A stretch of 63,943 nucleotides of DNA, filler included, from an uncultured bacterium (GTDB taxonomy: Bacteria > Latescibacterota > UBA2968), in the NCBI GenBank assembly GCA_964471275.1. It is 8 parts of 8 records of this genome, joined end to end, with 100 filler letters (N's around TTAATTAATTAA, not from the genome) between each part and the next. Parts side by side here need not be neighbours in the genome. Positions count along the whole stretch, not along the records: positions 1 to 8,620 come from CAYYGZ010000203.1; positions 8,721 to 17,327 come from CAYYGZ010000204.1; 6 more parts are not named here. One strand, written 5' to 3'. The notes beneath the pieces are model-generated. The model ran no database searches. It saw nothing but the letters and a program-made list of their open reading frames with translations, and was not told where the DNA came from. Shown in pieces: positions 1 to 9,223 of the stretch (the stretch's first letter is position 1; each line of letters opens with the position of its first letter). Made by a program: the position numbers and the translations under genes.

Positions 1-360
1 TTCGAGGCCTTCGTGAAGGGCGCACGCTGTTTTCTTGCGCTGGAAAAGGGGGGGCGGCTGTGTGGATTCGCCGTGATCGACCGCTACAATGATCGGACCG
101 CCACGCTCAAATGGATCTTTGTGAGCAGGGATCATCGGGATAAGGGCATCAGGTCCTGGCTGCTTGACGAAGCTCTGGCCTACGCACGGTCGGCCAGCTA
201 CGAGAAGGCCATGCTCTGCACGGCCACGAAGATGGAAACCGCGCACCAGCTCTATCGATCCAGAGGATTTGTGTTCAAGCAGTGGGTGACCTTCTGGCGG
301 CAGCGCGTGCAGGTCTATGAGAACATCCTCGAAGAGTCGATTCCCGAGCTGGCGGAATAG
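1..360 (+). CDS. GNAT family N-acetyltransferase (5' truncated by window edge)
   Basis: Frame open from base 1; IFVSRDHRDKGI acetyl-CoA binding motif A and AHQLYRSRGF motif B. Confidence 0.75.
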   Translation, partial: FEAFVKGARCFLALEKGGRLCGFAVIDRYNDRTATLKWIFVSRDHRDKGIRSWLLDEALAYARSASYEKAMLCTATKMETAHQLYRSRGFVFKQWVTFWRQRVQVYENILEESIPELAE

Positions 361-363
361 AAC

Positions 364-395
364 CGGCCGATCCTCACACGAGGGTCGGCCGTTTT
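364..395 (+). terminator. Intrinsic terminator-like hairpin
   Basis: CGGCCGATCCTC-acac-GAGGGTCGGCCG followed by TTTT, directly after the GNAT stop. Confidence 0.6.
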
Positions 396-414
396 CCATT
401 AGGGTCGGGAATCC

Positions 415-1628
415 CTACGTCGTCACGTCGATCAGCCCACCCGGTGGTGCCGGCTCAGCGCCATACGTCAAGGATACGATCTGGGAAGTTGTGGGGCCGC
501 TGCTGCTCGATTCACTACGCTCTTCGATGCCTGCGATGAGATTGCTAAGCCCCGGAAGCTCTGGGGACGACGATTGGATCTCTGGCAGGTTGGACAATAT
601 CGCAGGTGATTGAGTCGTCGGGGACCCACCTGTGCGACGGCCGTTGGAACGAGCGGGTTCTCATCGGACGACAGGCTCACGTGCGATGTGCCGGCTCCAT
701 CTGGTGCCAGGGATCCGGAAATCACCTCGTCAGATCCGCCATTCTCCTTAACGGCTTCCACGTCCACTGTAGAGTCGGTGGCATTCCCTGCGATTGTCTC
801 TTCATCCGGGTCCAGCTCATCTGGGTTGTCACGCTCCTCGATCATCTCTTGCCTGGCTTCGGCTTCCATTCGCGAGGCGGAAGCTGCGGCTGATCAGCCC
901 GCTCCTGATGGATCTACTAGCGCTAAAGCCGCCCGGCATATCTGTTGGGCCTTCTGGATTGTCTTCTGAGAGTTATCTAAAACAGGTGAGACGTCGATCG
1001 AAACCTCACCACCGACCATATGCATACCGCCTGCCGTCCGGACCAGTCTCATACTGGATCCCGCCCCGGACGTGGGATCCTCCGGCGGAAACGTGCGCCT
1101 GCTCGTGTGTGCGGACCTCCTAGTCTCGCTCGCGAAGTCGTTCGACCTCCTGCTGATCCTCGTCCGAGAGCGTCTCACCCGTTGTGGTCTTCTCCGACGG
1201 ATTCGCTAGAATCGTGTCCTCCTCTTCCTCTGACACGTCGCCAGAAGCAACCCCATCCGCTGGAATGTCCTCACGACCCAGAGAGGACCCCTATTCCACC
1301 TACACTCCGAGCTCGTCGATTGGCGAAGCTCCCCCCGGCTCGGATGTGCCGATCTCTTGGGCCTCAAAGCCGATCTGGCTCTGCTTCTCCCCTCCTGGGT
1401 TCGCTCTGGCTCGGCAGCATCCTGATCGTCGGGTCTTCAGGCAGGGCATTGCCCCTGACCCGGCAGGGCATCTGCAGATCCAATCGTATCCTGTCCCTGA
1501 GCAGCAAGCGCCTCTGAAGACAACTCGGCTGTATCCACATCCGGTTGGATCGGTCTGCTGCCTGTCTCTGCCTTCCAAAACGAGTGGAGCAGATCTGACG
1601 ATAAAGGTAGGATGTTCTGTACGGTCAT
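415..1628 (-). pseudogene. SprA-related family (putative metalloprotease, HEQAH motif) pseudogene
   Basis: Manual translation RLRERD*EVRTHEQAHVSAGGSHVRGGIQYETGPDGRRYA, then a frameshift, then VGGEVSIDVSP...TIQKAQQICRAALALVDPSG. In-frame TAG at 1120-1122 and several frameshifts. Confidence 0.8.
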
Positions 1629-1808
1629 AAACGTTTCACCTGGGGGAAATCGTCGTCAACGACCCCACCCGCCTGGACAGGGCTGCCCTCCCTCCTTCTA
1701 TTGGGGCGCACTCTACGTGACTTGAGCTTTTTTATGGCAGAGGTCCAAGAATACTTTAGGTTGATATCCTGAAGTCACAGACCATTCCGATTGGCCAGAG
1801 GAGAGCAC

Positions 1809-2318
1809 ATGCCGTACGAAGACCACATAGCAGAAGCCAGGGACGCTGTCACCTGTGCCGTATTGACCATCAGCGACACGCGCTCGGAGGAGGAGGACAA
1901 AAGCGGCAAGATCATCCAGGACCTCTTGAAGGATGCGGGCCATTCGGTCGGACATTACGCGGTCGTCAAGGACGAGGCAGAACAGATCCGGCAGTTGATC
2001 GTGGACATCGCTGAAAAGGGAGAGTGTCAAGTTATCCTGACAAACGGTGGCACGGGGATCGCCGCTCGGGACACGACCTATGAGGCCGTCACCTCGCTCC
2101 TTGAGAAACGCCTGGATGGCTTTGGAGAGGTTTTCCGGTTCCTCAGCTGGGAGGACATCGGATCCGGTGCGATGCTCTCACGGGCCGTTGCGGGCGTCTA
2201 CAAGGACGCCATGATCTTCTGTATGCCCGGATCTTCCGGGGCAGTCAGGCTGGCAATGGAGAAGCTGATCATACCGGAACTGTCGCACCTGGTGTGGGAG
2301 ATCTGGCGACAGAAGTAG
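1809..2318 (+). CDS. moaB: Molybdenum cofactor biosynthesis protein MoaB/MogA
   Basis: VLTISDTR, DKSG, TNGGTG, RDTTYEA, SRAVAG and MPGS motifs; GGAGAG RBS before ATG 1809. Confidence 0.92.
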   Translation: MPYEDHIAEARDAVTCAVLTISDTRSEEEDKSGKIIQDLLKDAGHSVGHYAVVKDEAEQIRQLIVDIAEKGECQVILTNGGTGIAARDTTYEAVTSLLEKRLDGFGEVFRFLSWEDIGSGAMLSRAVAGVYKDAMIFCMPGSSGAVRLAMEKLIIPELSHLVWEIWRQK

Positions 2319-2376
2319 AGAATCGCTAACTGCCGCAGAGGGGCAGAGGCGGAAGATCCCAAAGCTAAGACCAAAG

Positions 2377-2420
2377 GAGAAAGGCAGCTGACTTATCCAC
2401 TAGAGTCAGCCGCCTTTCTC
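2377..2420. terminator. Hairpin between convergent genes (likely bidirectional terminator)
   Basis: GAGAAAGGCAGCTGACT...AGTCAGCCGCCTTTCTC inverted repeat. Confidence 0.55.
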
Positions 2421-2461
2421 TTGATCCTGCTCTCCTGCTCGGGGTCGTGCAGCGTGTGGGG

Positions 2462-4648
2462 CTATAGCCATTTCCAATCGACGCCGTAGGTCAGACCGAC
2501 CGTCAGGTCGCTTCTGAAGGCGACACCGGTGACGGGTATTCCACGGATCTTGTCGAGTCTGTAGATGAAGTTGTTCTGGCGCACCGTCAGGCTGAGCTCC
2601 CTCAGGAGCGGAAAATTCAAGGTGTTGTAGTTTTCGATCGATATGACCTTCCGGTCGGAGAGACCGAAGAAGCTCTTGATCTTTGAGCGAAAGCGACCGC
2701 CCTGCTTGAGCCGAACCTGATAGTTAAGGGTTATTTCCGCACCATAGTCGCTCTGGTCTTCCGCAAAATCACGCTGTCCGCGCGCAGCGAACTGGGCAAC
2801 CCAGCGTTTCAGAAATTGCCGTTCAAAACCTGCGCTTGCTCGCACCTGGTAGGGCCGTCCCCCGCTCGACTTGGTGAAAGCCGTCCCGAACCCCGCCGAC
2901 ACAAAAGGATCGACGTTCAGGCCCGTCGTGCGCCGCCGATGCGTAGCATCAGCTTCGAACTGATCAGCAGTTGTCTCCCCGGAAACTCGGCCATAGTCAG
3001 CCAGACTCTCGAGGGTCGTCAGAGAGCGGGACGTCTCGTAGTCCAGATTATACCATGTCGTCGTCTTCCAGGCAGATCTCGTCTCACCACGCAGGAATGA
3101 CACGCGTTCGCCCTGCACTCGATACTCAGCTGTCGTATCGTCGACGTAGTTCCGGTTGAAGCTCCCCTCGACGCTCCAGGCAGATCGCCAGATCGGTTTC
3201 AGATCCAGCTTCCAGAAAGACGAAGAGCTGAGCGTGCCCCACGCCTCCAGGCCAGCCGAAGTTAGAGACCGAAGCGAGATTCCCGTATCGTGGACTTCAA
3301 CCGCCCGTTCAATCTGGTTGTACCCGCTCTCGCCCTGCACCAGGCGGCGAAGCGTGACGACCCGGTAGGGCTCCTTGTTCCAAAGAGGCCGGCCGTTGAC
3401 GAACATCGTCTTCAGATCCAACCCCGCGAACAGAAGGCCATCGGGGTGCAGTTTCAGCTTCTTGCTTCGGTTGGCGATCGCGCGCAATTCTCTGCCCTGG
3501 AGGACCAGCTTCACGAGCACATCATCGAATCGAATGAGCCGGTTGACATCTCGCTGGTAGAACCCGCCCTCGACCTCGACCTCCCTGAACGTGCGTCGCG
3601 AGGCGATCCCGATCTCCTGCTCAGTGTGAAGCCGCATCAGATTGGCGATCGCGCTCCCTCTTCGCTCGAGGGTCACGCCATCGATCTCACCGAGAAGACG
3701 ACCTTTGTCTTGGGCGAAGACTCGACCGATGGAATCGATAGCAGCAGAGACCGACGGCTCGGAATTCAGGTGTCGCGCATCAAAAAGGTGCGAGGAGACG
3801 GCAGTTAGGCTGAGACCACCGGGTTCGCCGACAAACGACAGATCCAGATAGCCCACGTTTCCGTTTCCGGCCGGCGTCGTTGCGACGTGAACGCCATTTG
3901 CGAGCTTGAAATAGGTCGTCGTGTGATCGGGACTGGACGCGTTGTGGCCCCCGGATATCAGGAGATCCAGATCCGGCAGCTGCTTCGCAATGTCCAGAGT
4001 TGTGCCCTGCGGTGCGTGAAGCACCAGGACCGTCAAATCAACGCCGTAGGCAGTGAGGGCAGACAATGTGGCCCTGACGCTCTTGACTGGATCCGTTACC
4101 ACCAGTTCCGCGGCGCTGTCAGGATTCATTCGGGATTGGATGGTTTCGTCCAGGACACCTATGATCCCAATCCGTACGCCATTCAGTTCTGCGATCAGAT
4201 AGGGCTCAAACGGTAATCGATCCTGGCGTTTGGCCGGCTGTACGTTTGCCGCCAGGAAGGGAAAACCCGCATCCTTGTTCCGAGCAGCGATCGTATCAAC
4301 ACCATAGTCGAAATCGTGATTTCCGAGCCCTACTGCCTTGTAGTCCAGTCCCTTGAGTGCCCGGATCACTGAGCGTCCGCCATCTCTGGATGAGAGGATA
4401 TCCGGCCCAAGTATATTCCCTGCGTCCAGCGTGAGGTTCGGCTGACCCTCCTGAAGAAGCCTGACTGCGTTGACGATTCTCCCAAGACCGCCGCTGGGGC
4501 TCTCGTCTTCCAGATCACGACCGATATCGTTTGTATGGATAACTCGGATCGTCCGGACTTCGGCGTCCGTGGAAGCCCAGAGGAGGAGAGTGACGGTCAG
4601 ACAGCCCAACAACATCAGAAGACCTTTCGATGGTGAAACAGGCAACAT
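2462..4648 (-). CDS. Secreted 5'-nucleotidase/UshA-like metallophosphoesterase fused to a C-terminal outer-membrane beta-barrel-like domain
   Basis: Signal peptide; HTND, DAGN, GNHDFDYG, FLAANV and GGH motifs; last ~240 aa are amphipathic beta strands ending YGVDWKWL. Start uncertain (4648 or 4615). Confidence 0.7.
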   Translation of the reverse strand: MLPVSPSKGLLMLLGCLTVTLLLWASTDAEVRTIRVIHTNDIGRDLEDESPSGGLGRIVNAVRLLQEGQPNLTLDAGNILGPDILSSRDGGRSVIRALKGLDYKAVGLGNHDFDYGVDTIAARNKDAGFPFLAANVQPAKRQDRLPFEPYLIAELNGVRIGIIGVLDETIQSRMNPDSAAELVVTDPVKSVRATLSALTAYGVDLTVLVLHAPQGTTLDIAKQLPDLDLLISGGHNASSPDHTTTYFKLANGVHVATTPAGNGNVGYLDLSFVGEPGGLSLTAVSSHLFDARHLNSEPSVSAAIDSIGRVFAQDKGRLLGEIDGVTLERRGSAIANLMRLHTEQEIGIASRRTFREVEVEGGFYQRDVNRLIRFDDVLVKLVLQGRELRAIANRSKKLKLHPDGLLFAGLDLKTMFVNGRPLWNKEPYRVVTLRRLVQGESGYNQIERAVEVHDTGISLRSLTSAGLEAWGTLSSSSFWKLDLKPIWRSAWSVEGSFNRNYVDDTTAEYRVQGERVSFLRGETRSAWKTTTWYNLDYETSRSLTTLESLADYGRVSGETTADQFEADATHRRRTTGLNVDPFVSAGFGTAFTKSSGGRPYQVRASAGFERQFLKRWVAQFAARGQRDFAEDQSDYGAEITLNYQVRLKQGGRFRSKIKSFFGLSDRKVISIENYNTLNFPLLRELSLTVRQNNFIYRLDKIRGIPVTGVAFRSDLTVGLTYGVDWKWL

Positions 4649-4870
4649 CTGCGGATCGCATACAAGCCCTCGAGTTTCCCCGCGCACGGAATCATAAATC
4701 GGAGACGTGTGCCAAAGATCACGCGGAGTGCATCCCGTTCCGGTCATTGCTCTCCGCCGTCAGATCCCGGCCGATTGTGCCGGGCACACGGGGCTCTTCC
4801 TTCAACCGATTCTCTTTGGTGTCTGTCCAGAACATACCAAAGAACCCGAATTTGCACGACCAGCCTCAAC

Positions 4871-4906
4871 AAAAAGAAAGCCCCGGTCTTTCGACCGGGG
4901 CTTTCT
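4871..4906 (-). terminator. Rho-independent terminator after PorV-like gene
   Basis: AGAAAGCCCCGGTC-loop-GACCGGGGCTTTCT followed by a T tract on the minus strand. Confidence 0.85.
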
Positions 4907-4926
4907 CTGCGTCTATTCGAACCGTT

Positions 4927-5925
4927 CTAGAAGCCGTAGCCAACCGTGAGACGAACCGGGTTATCATCGAACGCGGACGCACGCGAGAAGGCGACGTCGA
5001 CTGTTAGGCTCTGACTGCCGATGTTCTGCTTCAGACCGGCACCGATGCTCCACGACTCGGAGTCGTGACGCGTCTTGTAACCAGCCCGTAGCGCGAGCAT
5101 GTTGTTGATCCACGCTTCGCCGCCGAAGTAGTAACGGGCAGCGTAGTCCGTGAAGAAAGCCTGCTCTACGGAAGCTGTCAGCGAGAACGGATCGCCTAAG
5201 TTACCGTAGATCTCACCCGCGCCGCTGATGTAGAACACGGTGGGGATACGTGCCTTCTGTGCAACCACTTCCTTGTCTGAACCCAGGTTGCGTAGGCTCA
5301 TCGCAAGACGTGTGCTCCGGTAGCCCGTGAAGAACACGGTTCCGAAGTTCACATCAACCGTCGAGAAATCGATCAGGTCCAGATCCTCTTTGACATAGCG
5401 GATCTGGCCACCAAAAGAAAGCTTGTCGGTCAACTGCTTCGCAATCGTTAAACCAACGGCGATATCGTTCGCGCTCACCATGCGACCCGTTCCTGCCGGG
5501 TTCTGTGACGTGCGCTCTTCGAACTCGTCCGTCTGGAAATAGATAGCGCTCACAGCGAACGTCGCCACGCTCGTCTTCACACCGAAGGCAAACGTCCCGA
5601 GGCTCGAGCCAACGATCCACTTCGAGTATCCCCCCATCACCGCACGCTCTGTTTCCAGCTGCGTGATACCGGCGGGGTTGTAGAAAACGGACGAAATGTC
5701 GTTTCCGACGGCACTGTATGCATCGCCCATCGCGACCGCACGTGCATTCGTCGTCAACTTCACGAAACCCCACGACGTCGTCGTCAGACGAGCATTCGTG
5801 ATCAGGTCTGTTTCCGGTGACACGCGAACACGATCGACCGGAAACGCACCCAGGTCTTGCGCAATTGCCACACCCGTGCCGAGAATCCCGGCAGCCAGGG
5901 CGCAAGCAAAGAGCTTCTTTAACAT
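4927..5925 (-). CDS. PorV/PorQ (UPF0164)-family outer-membrane beta-barrel
   Basis: Signal peptide; ARAVAMGDAYSAVGNDISSVFYNPAG family signature; C-terminal VGYGF; AAGGAG RBS. Confidence 0.85.
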   Translation of the reverse strand: MLKKLFACALAAGILGTGVAIAQDLGAFPVDRVRVSPETDLITNARLTTTSWGFVKLTTNARAVAMGDAYSAVGNDISSVFYNPAGITQLETERAVMGGYSKWIVGSSLGTFAFGVKTSVATFAVSAIYFQTDEFEERTSQNPAGTGRMVSANDIAVGLTIAKQLTDKLSFGGQIRYVKEDLDLIDFSTVDVNFGTVFFTGYRSTRLAMSLRNLGSDKEVVAQKARIPTVFYISGAGEIYGNLGDPFSLTASVEQAFFTDYAARYYFGGEAWINNMLALRAGYKTRHDSESWSIGAGLKQNIGSQSLTVDVAFSRASAFDDNPVRLTVGYGF

Positions 5926-5997
5926 ATCATTTCTCCTTAGACAGTCCGATTCAAAATGTTTGAACACGGTTCGTTCCGGTTGGACCCTCGTCCAACG

Positions 5998-8620
5998 CTA
6001 TTTGATGATCAGCATCGTACCTATCTGAGTCCGATTCATACTCTCAGGCATCAGGGAGGTGACTTTCCAGAAATAGACACCCGGGAAGACCGCCTGACCG
6101 AAGTTGGACGGACGACCCTCGGTGAACTGGAACCAGGTCGTCTCCCCCTTCGTGAGATCATCGTTGAACTGTGTCCATACACGCTGCCCGGTGACGTCAT
6201 AAATATCGATCTGGCACCGCGCGGGAAGGTTGATAAATCGAACGTTCTGCTGGCCCTGATATGAGTGGTTCGGGCTGTCGATTTTGTAAGGGTTCGGAAC
6301 GACTGCGACGTCCACTTCGAACCGGTTGAACGAAGGATCCGACGGAACGACTGGGACAACACCCGTTCGACGTCCCATCTGTGCCGCGGCCGTGGGACCC
6401 GGTGAACTCTCGTACGAAGGAACTGCACCGGTGCCTTTCCAGTCATCGTGACCGCTGTCGTAGGTACGGATGTAGTAATAGTTCGGGAATCCGGCCTTCG
6501 ACACGGCATCCGCATACGTATACATCCCGGTGACTTCATTGCCAGCGGCAGCGTCATCACCACCGATGTCCGAACGTGTCCGGAGCGGAATGCCATCCGG
6601 GTAAGCCGAGCTCTTGACCGTCGAAAAAGTGCCGCTCGGGAGGTAACTCACCCCTGTGGGCAAGTTGCCCGCTGCCGCATCGGCAAACGTGAAGTCAGCC
6701 AGAAGCTCAAAAGGACCTTCTGTCTCGATCGACGACTTGTAGACGCGATAGCCTACGATATCCTGAGCCTCGGCCCCCGTGTAGTCCGGATCTGCAGAAT
6801 CCTCACCCACCGCCGGCCACCGGAGCAGTACCTGGCCCTGGAGGTTGGAATCAAAAGCACCACGGATGTTCGGTGGCTGGTTCGGGATATCATAGCCCCA
6901 ATCGTAGGCCTGGATGGCACGCTCGAAGTGATCGAACATGATATCCTCGGCCAACGGAATCTCAGGCTGACGATCGGCAAATGTCGAGAGCCCTCCGCCC
7001 ACGCCGTTGTACAGGTTGCAGTAGGCGAACAGGAACGGCTTCGCGAACTTGGTATGATCAGAATACTTCGGCAGATCACCGGGATGACCGCCTGCATACG
7101 CGATCACAAACTTGGCCTTCTCACCCGGGGCGAGATCCCACGGACCAAAAGTCATGAAATTCGTATACATCTCGTTCGCGGTTGGTTCCGCAGGATGCCC
7201 GCCCGTGGTCAGCAAGTCGTAGATTGCGGCATCGCTGTCCTTACCGGGATCGGGCTGTGTGAACTCACCGTGCGTGTTGAACTGCCATATGGACGTCGTC
7301 GCTGGCTGTACTGCGGACTCGTCCAGAGCCGTAGCGGGGTTGTCCTTCGGCGCAACATAGGCCTCGCCGTCCAGTCCGCCATACGTGTTGAACGGAGGGA
7401 ACGCATCGACAACGCCGACACCAAAGTAGTCCGGATGGTTCATGAAACCTTCGTTCAGCCAGACCTGATCCGTGATAATGCGGCGCCGACCCAGCTTGAA
7501 GTCGAACGGGCCGCCCCAGTCGTTGTGAGGCCAGGCGGCCTTCTGCTGATCACCATCGTGGAAATAAAGCATCCCGTGACCGGCTGCGGCCAGATCCGCA
7601 CCGCGCTGGCTGCCTGCTGGCTTGGCCGATCCCAATGGTGCCGCACCCTCCAGATAATTCGGAGCGAGAGTTGACCGGTTCCAGTCATCCGCCGGGAGAC
7701 GATCCCCCCTGAGAGCGTGCCACGTGGTGGAGCCCTGGAACCAGCTGTCCTCGGCAGCAGACAGAAACCGATTCTTTACTGATACGTAGATATCGGTTTG
7801 TGCCGTCGCGCCAGTGTTCTCCAGAACGGTCTCCTCGATCAGGAAATCGTCATAGTCGCCGTGACCGAATCCTGCCCATCTGTTCGTCCACTGCAGGCCG
7901 TTCAGGGATGACGATGCTTTCTGGATACCGATAATTTCCGGAAAATCGTCTTCCGACAGACTGCTTGCCCAGGCGGGCTCGCCCAACTGAGCGAACTCAC
8001 CCGCTGCAACACGGTCCGAGAATGCAGTGCCGCTGTTGTAGGCATTCCAGTGGTAGTTCCAGATGATCGCAGGATGCCCGTCGGGCGGGTTCTGATTGAC
8101 CACCTCACCCTTGGCGGGCCAGTAGTTTGTGGCAACACCGGCCAACGCGGGACCGTCCGTCCAGACTGTTCGGCCACCGCTTGAACTCCGGGAGGACAGC
8201 GCCCAGTTGTGATGGTGCGCCGCTCCCAGATACGCTTCTGGATACGTCGATGGATCGTGTGAAAGACTCGTGATATCCGGTGGCTCGATATTCGTTCCGC
8301 CATACGCGATCGCGACGTTTCCGCCGGTCTTGCTCATGACCCAGATGCCGTTACCGGCACTGTGAATCTTGTGGTTCCAGCCGGAGCGCACCTGACCACC
8401 CGAGTAGACCTTCAGGTTACGGGCAGCGGGATAAGAGAAACCGTGCGGCTCCTGCTTCTTACCGTTGTCGCGATGACCGCCCCAACCCTTGTTCACGATG
8501 GACAGTGCGACTGAGCCGCGGTGCATCGTGCGATAGGACTGGGACCACTGGGCGCATGCCTTTGTCGCGAAACCGGCCAGAATCAGGCCGACTGCGGACA
8601 ATGCCCCAGCAATCAAAAAC
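5998..8620 (-). CDS. Large secreted protein with FN3-like region and T9SS-type C-terminal sorting domain (start at or beyond contig end)
   Basis: Signal peptide; IVGYRVYKS and YYYIRTYD FN3-like strands; C-terminus VAVVPNPY...RFINLP..CQIDIYDVTGQRV...GVYFWKV...GTMLIIK. Confidence 0.75.
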
Positions 8621-8720
8621 NNNNNNNNNNNNNNNNNNNNNNNNNNNNNNNNNNNNNNNNNNNNTTAATTAATTAANNNNNNNNNNNNNNNNNNNNNNNN
8701 NNNNNNNNNNNNNNNNNNNN
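8621..8720. other. Artificial contig linker (also at 17328-17427, 25913-26012, 34482-34581, 43029-43128, 51437-51536, 59822-59921)
   Basis: N run, TTAATTAATTAA (stops in all six frames), N run; repeated identically. Confidence 0.99.
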
Positions 8721-9223
8721 TCTAGAGCCGCCAGCAGTTGCTTGCCTTTGTGCGGATGTTTCTCGTCTGGTTCGTGGATGAAGAGATTGAGGTCTTCCTG
8801 GAAGTATGCTTGCAGCCCAAGTCGCTCCACCTTCGACAGCTGGCGCGAACGCCGGCCAGTCGTTACGAGCGACAGCTGAACGCCTTTTACGGTCAGCATC
8901 TCCAGTGTGGGAATGGTATCGGAGAAGGTTTCAATCGGCGGGACTTCGTCACGGTTGTAAGACTGGAGTGCTTCTTCCACGGTGGCGGATGACAGAGCGT
9001 GGTGTCGACCGATCAATCGGATCGCTTCGGAGGACCCTTTTCTATCAGCCAATTCGCTCTGTCTTGTTGCGAGGTCGTCGGACGATACGTCTGGTATCTG
9101 ACGGGCAAGGATGTCGGCTGCGCGTCGTCGTGCGGGTTCGGTCAGCTGACCGGTGCAATCGAAGAGGGTGTCATCAAGGTCGAAGATCACGCCACGAATG
9201 GGAGTGTCACGACCGGTCTTCAT
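8721..9223 (-). CDS. HAD-superfamily hydrolase (3' truncated by contig end)
   Basis: VIFDLDDTL motif I, LVTTG motif II; start overlaps the upstream stop (ATGA). Confidence 0.85.

Noticed and set aside
8621..8720. Repeated TTAATTAATTAA palindrome every ~8.5 kb
   Set aside because: Artificial contig linker embedded in N runs, not biological; ORFs running into X...LIN are artefacts of it
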